Positions 1 through 11,932 of a stretch of DNA of 38,838 bases are shown here, one piece after another. The DNA is taken from contig JYFJ02003675.1 in assembly GCA_000934665.2 (NCBI GenBank), positions 1-38,838 of the forward strand. Reading direction: 5' to 3'. The DNA comes from Catajapyx aquilonaris. Its lineage: Eukaryota. The notes below the pieces were generated by a model that saw only the letters and a program-made list of their open reading frames with translations, did not search any database and had not been told where the DNA came from. Within the stretch, counting starts at the first letter, position 1, and each line of letters opens with the position of its first letter. The position numbers and the translations under genes were made by a program.

Positions 1-587
1 AAACATACCCGTAACCTGGCAGCGCCCAGGATTACCAACACATAAACACAAAAACACATAAACAGTCGCGACATTACTTTTGCGGTCAATAGTACATTAT
101 ACTACAGGTAGTTAGAGCCCTATTCCAAGTGCAGTAATAACGGCATGACTACTGGTCACCTTTTCCTAATCAAGCAATCCTGTAATACTTGTAGCTGCGG
201 CTAAGATTTTCTGTGGTCGTGTGAAATTAGAATAAATTGCCACATTCTGACCCCTGCATCTTATAGCTGGTGTGAACCATTTGCACCAATAATCTTACGG
301 GTTAGTGAACCAAGCAAAACGAGAAAACTATTTTGTCAACATTCTTTACCCGTCTGCACCGTAATATAATCTATAGTCTAAACCCCCCAAATAGCTTTAA
401 TTCCATATAATTTCATAAAGCACAGTAAATGCACAAACCACCTATATAATCTAAACTGGAATTTAACGCCTCAGGCCTATTAATTAAAATTTCCCCTCTA
501 AATTTCACACGATTAAATTTGTATCCCATATCAAAAGTCGGCGATGCAACAAGTAACCGTAAGGCAACTTTCTTTCTAAAGAAACGA

Positions 588-674
588 TGACGTGGAGCAG
601 AAGGCAGCAGTTTGTGGCTCAGACAGGTCAGACTCAAAGGGAAACTGCGTCCTGGGCGTCACACGTCAGCCAAT
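588..674 (+). promoter_or_regulatory. Promoter-like motif cluster (two bZIP TGACGTG sites and a CCAAT box)
   Basis: TGACGTGG at 588-595; ACACGTCAGC at 661-670 (reverse GCTGACGTGT); AGCCAATC with CCAAT at 670-674. Confidence 0.25.
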
Positions 675-1331
675 CTCAGGGCTTTAATGGGGCTTTTAAT
701 ATTAATGAGATCCTTTGAAAGAGCCAGCGTAACTTAATCTCCGTCACTTTCTTGTCCCTGGTTATGCTAAGATGGCGTTGCATCTGCACTCGATGACTTG
801 AGTGCTGAGCAAAAACAGTGTTTCTTTTCTACCCAGAGAGGATGCTGGATGTTGCAAATATTTGTACGGTGTAACGTGGTTCTCGTAAAAAGAAAGGAGG
901 GCAATGTTGAAGCTGTAGGACTAAAATTGATTTTTTTTTTGCGAGCGCCAAGTTTTTATTACTGCTTGTCGATCACTCGGTGTATCAAAGGCTTACTAAT
1001 ACATGTTCAGGGAGGTAGGGTTTTTCAAATACATAGTCAACCGAACAGGGAGATCAGATCGAAGAATTCTCTGGAATATTGCGTGCAATCTTTTTAGATT
1101 TTCCAACTGGGACCTTTTTTCGTATTCCAAGCTCGAACCGCTCTGTCTTGACATTCACTGTATGATGTCACGCATAAAGGAAACTTTCTGTGTTTAAGCT
1201 TTAACTTGGCGTCCTATATTTTTACTGACGCATTTTGCCAATGTTAATGTAAATCTGAAGAGTGCCAGGGTGATTCAGTGACGGATGACATGATGAGCGA
1301 GGACCATTGGAAATAATTGCTACATGCGGGC

Positions 1332-1408
1332 ATGATTCAGAAGTTTACACTTCAACGTGTAGTACAGTACAAACACAATGGTTTTGACAGATGCTTGGTC
1401 TGCTTGAG
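1332..1408 (+). CDS. Possible first coding exon (ATG to strong donor)
   Basis: ATG at 1332 is open to GAG|GTAGGT at 1408/1409 (MIQKFTLQRVVQYKHNGFDRCLVCL), downstream of a promoter-like cluster. No homology evidence. Confidence 0.18.
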
Positions 1409-1788
1409 GTAGGTTCACCGGCCCTGAGTGTTTTACAAGCTGCTTTGCATATACTTGTTCAAACAAAATATTGTAGCAAAAAATGTTTTTCTGCCGTGAG
1501 AAAAATATAGTTGAGAAAAATTGGCATACTTCCTCTATAATACAACAGGTAATATTTGAAGGCAGAATTTGCCTGGTTTGGCGATTTCTGCTTCATAACG
1601 GAGGCAATCGCATGCCAATTTTTGTTGTAATATGGATAATCTTGCTAGTTATTCTGCCACATGCCAAATGCTGCATGAATTGCCTAAACCTCATGATATG
1701 CCCCACCTTACAGCCATAGGTAGCAAAAAAAACCAACGTTCGAGTATCGCCATACCCATACCACATGGATTATAATAACATTAAACGA

Positions 1789-2020
1789 GGCGGCACGATG
1801 GTATACCGGTTAGCACCACACCCTTCCACCTATGAGGTCATAACATCCCCCGAAAATGCGGTTATCGTGGGCTAAATTTCCATTTCCAATCCACTGCATT
1901 GAGGCCCATCGCGCAGAAGTGTACATTTCCAACGCCCCCGCTATTGACACACCCTAGCATTGTGTTGACTTATTGAATCCACCCTCAGCTCTTGTTGTCC
2001 GACCTGAAAATAGACTTGTA
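1789..2020 (+). mobile_element. Possible old, degenerate tRNA-derived SINE
   Basis: GGCGGCACGATGGTATACCGGTTAGCAC resembles a tRNA-type A-box head. No B-box or TSD recognisable. Confidence 0.25.
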
Positions 2021-3116
2021 GATGAGGATTTTGACCTGGCTGGCTTATAATCTAGGTTAAAATATTCCCAGCACATATTAATTCAGCTTCGAAATAGAGC
2101 GTGCGAATGTAGCTCGTTGGACCCCCACCCCCCACCCCCACCCTCCCCCAGGTGGACTGGAGAGCTGTACAGTATGTTGCTTGCATAGCCCCGATTTTGC
2201 AGGTCCCCTGAAAATACAAGGCATAAACCTGACTGAAGGCTACAGTGTCCCAATTAGGCTCCAAGTATAGGTAGTCCATCGAGCGAGCTTACACTAGCTA
2301 TATAGGGACCAACCTGATCGAATGGCGTCACTCGAATTCTGGTAGCCGCCATTTTCACGCATGATTGGATCCGTTGGAAGGATGGTGTCAAATTGGCACT
2401 TTTTTTCTTTCTTTTTCTTTCTCTCTAGTCAGGTCTAAGATTGCTTGGCTGCACCTTCAGTGCTGCCAACTGGGAATTGACCGTTTTCAGACCGTAAATC
2501 CAGGCGATGATGGCCGTTGCTCACACTTCGCTACCTGCTTTATGGCGTATATTTGGCGCTTTTTTTTGGACAAGGTTGACGTTTTCTAGGAGATGTTGGA
2601 AGGTTGAGAAACGGAGGAGACTCTCATTGGAAGGGTAATATGCCGCGAATCTGCCTGAATCTGCCACATCATCTTCCTAATGAGCGGAAGTACCATCATT
2701 TACAGAAGCTGGAAAGGCCTGCAGTGTTTTGGCGGTGTTTCTGCCGATGTTCATCAGAGCGGCATCGGGGGAATAATTATGAGGGAAATACGCACTCACG
2801 CTCTTTCCTGATCATAGCGTACGTACAGTACATCCGAGTTTTTCACAAGTGCTTGAATTTTTGCTCCATTTGGCAATCATGCCATGCGGGGATTTTTATG
2901 GTGCTTCAAGAGGTGACTGTGCTGAGTGCATTTTACAATTCACAAATGGCGTAGGCCTATATACCCAGATGAATGCGATGCATAACAATAGCCCATTGTA
3001 ATACAAGTATAATGCGAAAAAAGGCGTTAATAATAATACCCTTCCAGTCGCGCATTGATAGGCAAATAAGCGGCAGGAAAATATTCATTGCTCATAAGAG
3101 TCATAACCTTCATAAT

Positions 3117-3523
3117 AACCGAAGCAGTTTGGTGGAGTGGATAAGGTGTTCGACTGCTAATCGGGACATCCTAGGTTCGAATCCCGGGACCGGCAATCCT
3201 AACCGTGGTTATCTGTGGTTTCCCACGGTCGACGGTCCCACCAGGAGAATTCCGGGATTGCTCCCTAAATAATAGGCCACAGCCGATTCCTTCCTTTCCT
3301 ACATCCTTGTCCCGTCCATGAGGAGGTGCGGTGTCGGTGGGGAGAACTGACCCGCATTAGGGGTTCATCTTGGCGAACGGGCCCCCTGAGGGACTGCACA
3401 CGACCCCCAACTTGAGACATTACACTTGCACATTACACATTATTCCTATCCTGTCCCCTGCACCGGATGGTGATATTCAACTCCCCTAAGAGGGCCTAGG
3501 GCCCTAGCACGTGGTACAGCAAA
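3117..3523 (+). mobile_element. tRNA-derived SINE, family A, long subfamily
   Basis: A-box TGGTGGAGTGG, anticodon-like arm (CGA-CTGCTAA-TCG), B-box GGTTCGAATCC. 12-bp TSD AACCTTCATAAT at 3105-3116 and 3524-3535. Homologous to three other copies in the window. Confidence 0.92.
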
Positions 3524-4960
3524 AACCTTCATAATTCAACGAGTAGTATTGTACCTTTTGTCAATTTATCTGCGATTCTTGGAATAAGTGACATGTACGT
3601 AAACTATTTAAAGTCATTTCAATGGCAATCAGGACCAAACGTTTATTGTACAAGTGAACTTCGCTTGATCGATGCCAGGATCAGAAGGGTGGACACGGTG
3701 GGGCGTATGTAAGCGGGATATCTCGTCCGATGCACTGAATTGTAGTATTCTATCAGGCGAACCGAAAGGTGGGATCCTTGAAGCTTGATATAATCTCGCA
3801 AAAGTAGATTATGACAGGTGACTAGAGATCCGAGTTCCCAGCTATAGTCCGGTGTGCGGTATATATCCTGTGAGCGGGAGAACCCCTTTCAACCTTCCAG
3901 TATAGGGTTTTATCTCGAATGCACCGCTGTAGGTTCAAAGAGGCACGGTATGAAAGGGCCATATGGAGGAGGGCTCCTAACCAATAAAGCCAGCAGCCAT
4001 TCTCAACCTTACTCCTCCTAAGTTCGTGATTACGCAGTACACGCATTATAAGGAGGTTATATTCTGGAAAGATTTCTTTTTAGAAAGAGGTTTTATTAAT
4101 AATTTCATACTGTAAAGATAGACGTCCAAGAAATCTCGTGCACGAGTGACCTGACTCGACCCAAATGTATCTCCACTCCTGGTATACTCACGCTTTTTCA
4201 TATTTATCATTGTTGTGCTGATACAGGAGGCTACTACCTGGTTATATTTACTCGCGGTTACAGGCAGATTACGGGCGGTTATCAGTTCCTGGCAGTGTAC
4301 TACACCAGTTACTCGAAAGTTGCTATATACCAGCAGGTTACGACCAACAGGTGAAAGCCATAAAAGCATATAAATGAGAAATCAGTAAAATATGGGATGT
4401 ACGTAGATATCGAAAATCTGTACTGAAATAGGGCTATACCAAGTACAAAAAAATGTCCTTTCATGTGCGGTGTTTTATTTATGGTCAGTAACTGAGGAAG
4501 CCTCATCCTGGAAGTGCAAAAAGAGCTCTCAATCTTGGGCCTTCAGAATGACATTAGAAATTTTTCCACCCCCTCCTATACGAATATGGCGGACGAAAAA
4601 TGTGCATATTATCTCCTTATAATGGTGCCGATTTCTAAAATCAACTAGAGAAATCATCGTGGAATAATGTATTGCAAGAAGAAAAAAAAGAATCCAAGAG
4701 AAAATGCGACCAAAACATAACGATAATCAACTTGCCCTGCAAAGTGAACTTGTGACTTTTGCCAGTTGCGGCAGAGAGTTTGTGCAGTAAAGAGGAGAGG
4801 ATGGTGACAAGAATGTAGAGAAGCGCCACTTCATTAACGTCAATATTGCACTTCCCACTCTGGAAGCTTACGCCAGTCCACTCTGAAACGAGTGTGAAAG
4901 CGAACTGCTCTAACTTTTTAAAATTCAGCAGATAAAAATTAATTAGGGCTCATTAACATA

Positions 4961-5225
4961 CAGGGTGCTCCACTCGGTAGCTGTAATTACATTTTCTTTA
5001 TAACTTTTAACAACAATCAATATATCTTAACAGAATATGCATGTGTTTATGGAAAGCATATTGATGCCATAATGTATACTGAAAGTGCCCTCCATTTACG
5101 TACAACGACCCTTGAACGGGATATTGCATTGAACTATACCACATATGCGAGTACTGCCTGAATTCCTCGCCTATTATTTTCTTGTAGTGCCTCGACTGTC
5201 CGTGGCTTGTTGTTGTACTGTACAT
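4961..5225 (-). pseudogene. Remnant of a Tc1/mariner (maT/DD37D-like) transposon: transposase C-terminus plus one TIR end
   Basis: Minus-strand frames give YNNKPRTVEALQENNRRGIQA and, after a frameshift, VNGGHFQYTL, matching the VYxxKPRTxxxL...NGGHFxxLL C-terminus of this family. TA|CAGGGTG terminus at 4961. Confidence 0.75.
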
Positions 5226-7947
5226 GTTATCATTGAGACGGCTCCAAACTGCTCACAGGAAACATTTTAAAGCATCAAACAATTCCTCGTAGAGTGAGTG
5301 TCCATAGATTTTCACAACACGGGAAAGCTCTGAGAAACGATTTCTACAATGGGAAAATTCTTTATCAGATCAGGGGATTAAACAAGGGACCTCAGAGGTG
5401 GTATCGGGCTATGCCGCCCTTATCTGCATTGTTATAAAAAATTACATTTTGGGCATTGTACAGGCATAGCTATACAACATGTCCACAATCCGAATGGCAA
5501 TAATTATGTGCCCAAAAAATTAAGGTATTCAACAAAGGATTAATTTGATCAGTTATGCAAAACTGCATCATACCTGATAGTGTCCAGATGACACACAGAG
5601 AAGCGCCTTTGCCAATACAGTACCGGACCATGGCCAATAGGCTACCATAAAATCCATATCCTGTGTTATAGACTTCCCTTCGTACAGAAGAGATATGGGG
5701 GTTGCCCTGAACATCCTGGATGAAAATTCTCTCTCTGCCCAGTCTCTGGCCAGATATAACTTACTGTATAGTGCCCTCAGGCTACATCCTCACCGCTAAA
5801 GCGTTCAGAGCTGCCCGCTAAACCCTTCTCTGCCATCCTCGCCATTCAGCTAACTTTAAAGCCCACTATGTGTGGCCCACTGAGTGGAAAAGGTTCAGCG
5901 CAACTAACATTATAGCCAGCAGTCTTTGCTGCAGGACTGAGTAGCATTGTATAGTATTTCTGCTTTGAGATAAGGTGCCCTAAGGCAAACGTAACTTACC
6001 ATGTCGGTATTATTACACCTACACTATTTCAATGAAAGAGATTCATATATAAGCCCTTAAGTGCTCCCTAAAAATTAAACATAGTACTTTTGTTATCCAA
6101 TGATTTATTTTTTTAAATAACGCAACAGTGCATATACAAACTAACCCACGCTTATTACCTGTGTTCCAAACGTTATTATTCTATCATCATGCTGTTCAAG
6201 ACCATCATGACATCCGACATGTGAAGCTCACTTTTGAAGGGAGCAGATGGTGTTCTGATTAGAACCTTGAAGTGGAACTAATCCGTTGGGACATCCATAA
6301 ATAATGTGGCTTTCGTGATAGGGTGAGAAAAGACATGCCACGTTTGATAATCATCGCCTAGTTCTGGTTCTCATGCCTTCTGTATGGCACCCTACACTCT
6401 CATTCTGAATGGAAAAGGGGTATAAAGTGGATCAAGTGAGCTGACATGTTAGTTGCATTAGTCTGTGTGTAAATCTCTATGGCTTCCACCGATTAAAGGT
6501 TTCCAAGCCACAAAGTTCCCTGGGAAACAAGCACTCAAGTAGCTAGGGAGGCAAGCTCTTGTTTTACAGCTAGACTAAAAGATCGATAAGTGCACTCCAT
6601 TCAATTAAGCATAACCCTGGTGGATTAATACAATGGCGAGCAAAACGAAGGCTCTATTTGCGATCTTTAAGTATAGTGCTGTGAGGGTCCGATTACTTAA
6701 GAAACGAGGACCTTCTGATATTCCTATACTCTTGTTTGTCCTCCTGAAAGATTAATAGTGAGGTGACACTATTTTTGTGCAAAAAAACGCTCAGTGATTG
6801 GCTCGACCGATCAATAAGGAAGAGCTTGGGTACTGTGAATTGGGGTTGAATTTGTCAGAGTTTGGAAGGTGTAGCGTCAAAAATCCCCATGTCTTGTATA
6901 TTCATTTGACATGTTATAAGTTGGCCTTCATATTCGTAAATACTTAATGGCAATAATTCTGAAAGCGTAGCCTACCGGTATATAAAATGCTCTGAACGAT
7001 CACTGTTAGAACTGATAAATTGTATGTATGGCACAAGAAGACTGGAAAAATTAACTGACAATATTTGAAAGCCATGGTTGTTACCCTTCTATCAAGGCTA
7101 AAGTACGAGTCTTAAAAGCATGTGACAGAACGAACAAGACACAAAATATAACATTATAATTATGTATAATTAGGTATAATGGCTAGAAACCTCCCCATAG
7201 CGGCCCTTGACATAGCGCAATTACCTGTATCGCAGAAAAAAATCTTTCGGGTGCTAAGAGTGTATAACTACTGTACTGTATTAATTACCAGTCTTAATAT
7301 ATTTTTATTGGTCACGCAGCATGTGTCGCCCAATTGAACTACTTTCCTGTGATGTATATACGGTACTCTTCGCATGTTTAATGCAGGGTGTTACAACTGA
7401 AATATCCCTAGTAGTCAGCAGTTTTTTGGCAACAAGTTGCTTATTTTCAAGGGATACTTTTGCGTAGTTTCTTTTGGCTAAAGAGTATTATCTGATAATA
7501 TTAGGTTGGTGGGCTCATCCTTTTTCAAGTCTGCCGGGAGATCTGCGTGCAAAAAATGGGTACAATCACACCATGTCTTCAGATTGTTTAATTATTTCAA
7601 AGTTGTCTGTGCTTCATTAACTCTACTGTATATATGATATGATTATGTAAAGAGTAATTCACAATAATATTGTATTATGTACAGTACTTTGGAGTCCCCC
7701 CCCCTCCATTTTTAGAAGTCTATCCTCTGGGGGCGGGGGGGGGGGGATGACATTGATTTGATTTGAAAGTAGGTATACAATCATTTACGTGAGATGTCAA
7801 TTGTTCCAATTGGCCATTTCGGTACGTCTGGTAGACGGAGATCAGGAAATTGAGCCTTTCTGTACATGTGGCCTACTCTCGACCCTTCGGCTGGGAAATT
7901 AAAATATTTTCCGTATTCGGCAACGTGAACTTCGACTTAGGGAAGTT

Positions 7948-8364
7948 TTTTTTTAAATTTTTTTATTTTTTAAGATATACCCCGTGCTAGAGCCATGGGC
8001 TCTCTTAGGGGAGTGGAATACCACTATGTGCAGGGACAGGGTGGGGATAGGAGGGGGGGACACTGGTGCATGTGCAATGTCATCAAGTTGGGGGTCGGGT
8101 GCAGTCCCTCAGGGGGCCCGTTCGCCAAGATGACCCCCTAGATGCGAGTTAGAAACCCCCGACTAACCCGCACCTCCTCCAGGACAGGGAGAGGAAGGAA
8201 GCGGCTGTGGCCTATTTTACGGTACGATCCCGGAAATTATTCCTGGGGCGACCTTGGAAAACCACAGAAAACCAAGGTCAGGACCGCCGGCCTCCGGGAC
8301 TCGAACCCAGGACCTCCCGATTAGCAGTCGGATACCAAATCCCCTCCGCCACTACTGCTTCGGT
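7948..8364 (-). mobile_element. tRNA-derived SINE, family A, long subfamily
   Basis: Reverse-complement homologue of 3117-3523 over its full length, with an A-rich tail. 14-bp TSD GACTTAGGGAAGTT at 7934-7947 and 8365-8378. Confidence 0.93.
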
Positions 8365-10159
8365 GACTTAGGGAAGTTCGACTTATAGAAGTTTTACTGT
8401 ATATTTGTTAGTAAATTGTAACTTTGAATTAGGATGCTACAGATTTCTCGGATAATTTTCTCACGGTTATGGACCCATTTAATTTTCTATGTGCCCCTAT
8501 GTTATAATTTCCAGCACAGTTGCATTCAGGATGTAATTATTTTGTTTTGGAAAGTGTTTGAAATAAGACTTATCAACCCTTTCCCAAGGTATATTTTCTT
8601 AAATTTCAATTGAATTTTACTGTAGAAAACAGCAAAAAAGGCCTCAGTGGAGTAGCAGGGCAAGGGACCATGTGACCAGTGAGCACCTTTTTGGGGACGA
8701 CCCTTTTGCCTCTGTACAGCACTTTATGTCATCATGGTTTTATATGCTAATAGTTTTGACGGACACTAGTATGAAATAAAGTTCATGCGCCAAAGGATGT
8801 GCGGCAGGTCTAATAATTTCGGGAGAGAAGTGATATTTCACTTGTGCCCGCAGGTTGCAGTAACAAAAGTCCATTTTATTTATTTCCTGTCTATTTTTAT
8901 AGGGGTTAGATGCATGATAAAAAATAAAATATACTCCTTGTGTGAATTAGGGGTCCCAATCACTTCCGGACCATTGTGCCCAGGGTTATCAAGGCACAGT
9001 GGTCCATTTGCATAGGGCAGCTTCGAAAAAAAATTTAAGCCACAGGGTGGCACTGCCTGTGGATATATTAGTCACTTATACAGTATTACTAATGAGTGCC
9101 TCCACCATGCCGTAAAAGATTGGGTGTGTATAGGTATAACAGGAGCTCATATAAAATTTCAAATGTTCAAAAGTGGACCACTGTTCCCCGGTCTCTATAC
9201 AATACATTATTTCCTACTCACTGTCAGAGGCACAATTATTTAATCATATAATTGCGTATCACAACGATGAAATCTGTTAGTATCAAACAAGAATGAAGTA
9301 AAGCGGAAGTAAAGAACCCTATTAAACCATACCAACAGAATTCATCCAAGTTGACACGCAATCTTATGATCAGTTTGGTTCTCTATAGGTTGGTCCAGGA
9401 TAGCAAGCAAATAGTGGAACAGGTCCAGTTCATTAGGTGATGTGTAAATGACTAGTGTATCAGTAATAGTACAGTACTTTCTTAACATTACATAATATAG
9501 CGAGTAAAACAGGTTCAGTCATATAAAATCATATACTGCTGTGTTAAAAATTTCCTCCGGCAGGAAAAATATCGCTCCCTACCAACATGGACGTCAGCCA
9601 TTTACATCTTTTGCATATTATCCATGTGTAGACTGCAGAGAAAACTGACAAAATAAAAAATTTCATGTATCATAAAAATCAAATAAAAAGTTCATTACTT
9701 GTAGCATGCACGTAATTTTTCTGAGATACTACAGTACAATAGTAGTTGCGTGACATGGCGTGGAAATGACCTTTGTGTTATACATGATGACCCTAAGGTC
9801 TGGACACATAGGTATTGTATTGTTAGTTGACAACAATATACTCTGCCAATCAACAATGCAATACCTATGTGTCCATCAGACATTAGAGTCACCCTGTAGA
9901 ATGTAGATTATGGACAAACCACGTAGTATACGGATTCTGTGTTTCCCATCTTTATGGAGGACCTAGACCTGCCTCTGCCTGCCTCTTCTTTCCGATTCTT
10001 GTGGCCTGATGACGGATTTTTTTTTTCAAAACCATGGGCAGGCTTTGTAATCACCACAGAATTCTTAGTGGAATTCTACTAATACCACAGTAATAAAGAC
10101 ATAAACCGATAAACATGAAATGATGCATAAAAGCCCCTGGCTCCCACTGAAGAGTTTAA

Positions 10160-10743
10160 CTCTTAGTTAGTGCGGTGGGGGGCAACTGACCCCCAAGGCC
10201 TCATTTTTGCATATAAAAGGCATTTAAAACAGTCCGATCTCCTTAGGAATTTTTCTAATTGTCAATAAAATATTTCTGCAACTATAGTATTTTTCACTTA
10301 TTTTAATCTATGTTAGTAAAATTGTAATAATAAAAAAACCCAAGAAGATGAATTTTCCGAAAATTCGGCAACGCGGCTACAGGCTAGAAAGAGAGGTCGT
10401 GGGGGAACTGGCGTCCTATCAGTAGCAACTGATAAGGGCATGGAGGGTACTTAGGGAACCTTTTTTCGGATTATTACAATTTACAGTGTTACCAGAGTGG
10501 ACATGAGGACTGCTTTTGAAGGAATATGCAGCATGTTTTTCTGGATTTTTTAACTACATAAAAACATGAGATACAATGTGGGAGAGTAGATAATGACATT
10601 TCTAATGAAGTGTTGCATCTGATGCTATTTTTAAAAATTTATTATCCTGGAATGCAAAGTTAGAAATAAATAATTTTAGTCTGGGGGTCATTTGCCCCCC
10701 ACCGCACTAGTTAAGTGAATTTTTCCACCGCACTAACTAAGAG
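10160..10743. mobile_element. piggyBac-type MITE
   Basis: TTAA on both sides (10156-10159, 10744-10747). Perfect 19-bp TIR CTCTTAGTTAGTGCGGTGG plus an offset subterminal inverted repeat (10683-10710). This asymmetric end structure is typical of piggyBac. Confidence 0.88.
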
Positions 10744-10802
10744 TTAACGAGCTCAGTATGATTTTTTTCTACATTAAATCAGTTGTTTACCAAAACTAGT
10801 AT

Positions 10803-11875
10803 ACGGTTGTATAATTTTGTTCTCGGTTCATTAGAATACGAGTAAAACCAAAGTCTCGAAAGGTTTCACCGCAGCCTGGCCGCACAATTTTATTTTCCAC
10901 CTCAATGGTAGCATCCATCTCTATGATTTTCATAGGCGAATGTGCAACACCAAAACCACAAAAATTTCCGGCGATCCTTTCATCCGGTCTACCTTTCGTC
11001 GTAAAGGCCTTTCAGGTATTCAGGCTTCACAAATTTGCTCCTTGTCTGCCTAGGTTTTGCGAGCTCCAGAATTCTAGGAGTAGCTTCGGCCTGACAAGAT
11101 AGAAACGTTATTGTTAGCAATAAGTTTTTGACCGAACTTTATTGTACGCTATTTTTTGCTCCTTTTACTTGATGGTTATATAGGAAGTGATCACATGTTT
11201 ATAGGTTAGTAAAACGTGGTCTGATTCTGGTACATGAACGTGTTAATGCGAATAAGCCTTTAGGTTCAGCACTTACCTTCAGAGCACTTGCTGCCACAGG
11301 CCTAGGCAACGGCAGTGGGTGTATTACATCTGGTAGCTCTAGCCTAGGCTGTGCCATAACGACGAGTCTCTCAGGACATACGTAAGGTTTTGGCTTGATG
11401 TACTTCCAGATGTCTGCGAGAAATAAGGGTTCTGAATATGCTGCCTAGTTTACATTGGTTTTGATTATTCTTGGCCAGTTATATTGTTATTGTTATTGTT
11501 GGGCATTTTTGCGGTAACGAACCAAGGTTTGGACGATTTTTAAAAACTTTCATTCCATGCTTGTGGAAACTCTTTGGGGATTCTGTTTTTTTTATCGACC
11601 TCTGTACCTGGAACTAACAGTAAGTTCCAGGTACAGAGGGCTGAATTTTGCCACAAATATCATTCGATAGCGCCAGAGGAGCGAGAACAAACACAGTAGC
11701 CTATAACGAACCAAAGTTTTGAGGATACGCATTTCTGCACCGGGTTACACTGCGTAATAACTCTGAGAGGAATCCATTGGTCACCTTGCCGTACCGGTAT
11801 CTGCTTTTCTTTGCATCGTAGGGCAACAAAACTCTCGGTAACGAACCAAGAAAAAAACGTGCGATTTTCCACCGT
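10803..11875. mobile_element. Possible old TIR element
   Basis: Left end ACGGTTG...TTCTCGGTTCATTA resembles the reverse complement of TAACGAACCAAG...CCACCGT at 11838-11875. TAACGAACCAA recurs at ~11515, ~11704 and ~11838. Confidence 0.33.
11599..11639. repeat. Perfect hairpin, 17-bp arms, 7-nt loop
   Basis: CCTCTGTACCTGGAACT-AACAGTA-AGTTCCAGGTACAGAGG. Confidence 0.9.
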
Positions 11876-11932
11876 TCAGAACCTTTTCACGGGTAGTATT
11901 TGTGAGCTGTTTTACCACTTCGGACGCACATA

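Noticed and set aside
3121..3195. tRNA-Ser(GCT) gene (also at ~8290, ~36411 and ~38213)
   Set aside because: The anticodon arm and A/B boxes are present, but there is no acceptor stem or long variable arm, and each copy continues into a shared body, most with TSDs. These are SINE heads.
3330..3400. HDV-like ribozyme suggested by GGCGAACGGG (resembles J4/2-P2)
   Set aside because: No P1/P2/P3 nested pseudoknot conserved in both copies could be built; the segment folds better as a simple hairpin.
3721..3741. 5S rRNA-like TCTCGTCCGAT..CAC.GAA
   Set aside because: Only ~11 nt match and the flanks do not resemble 5S.
8645..9198. Old pogo-like MITE with GGACCA..CCC repeats
   Set aside because: The right end looks TIR-like, but the left end is too degenerate to pair confidently.
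10003..10045. Degenerate Penelope-type hammerhead (CTGATGA...CAAAAC)
   Set aside because: The GAAA core is missing and stem II does not pair.
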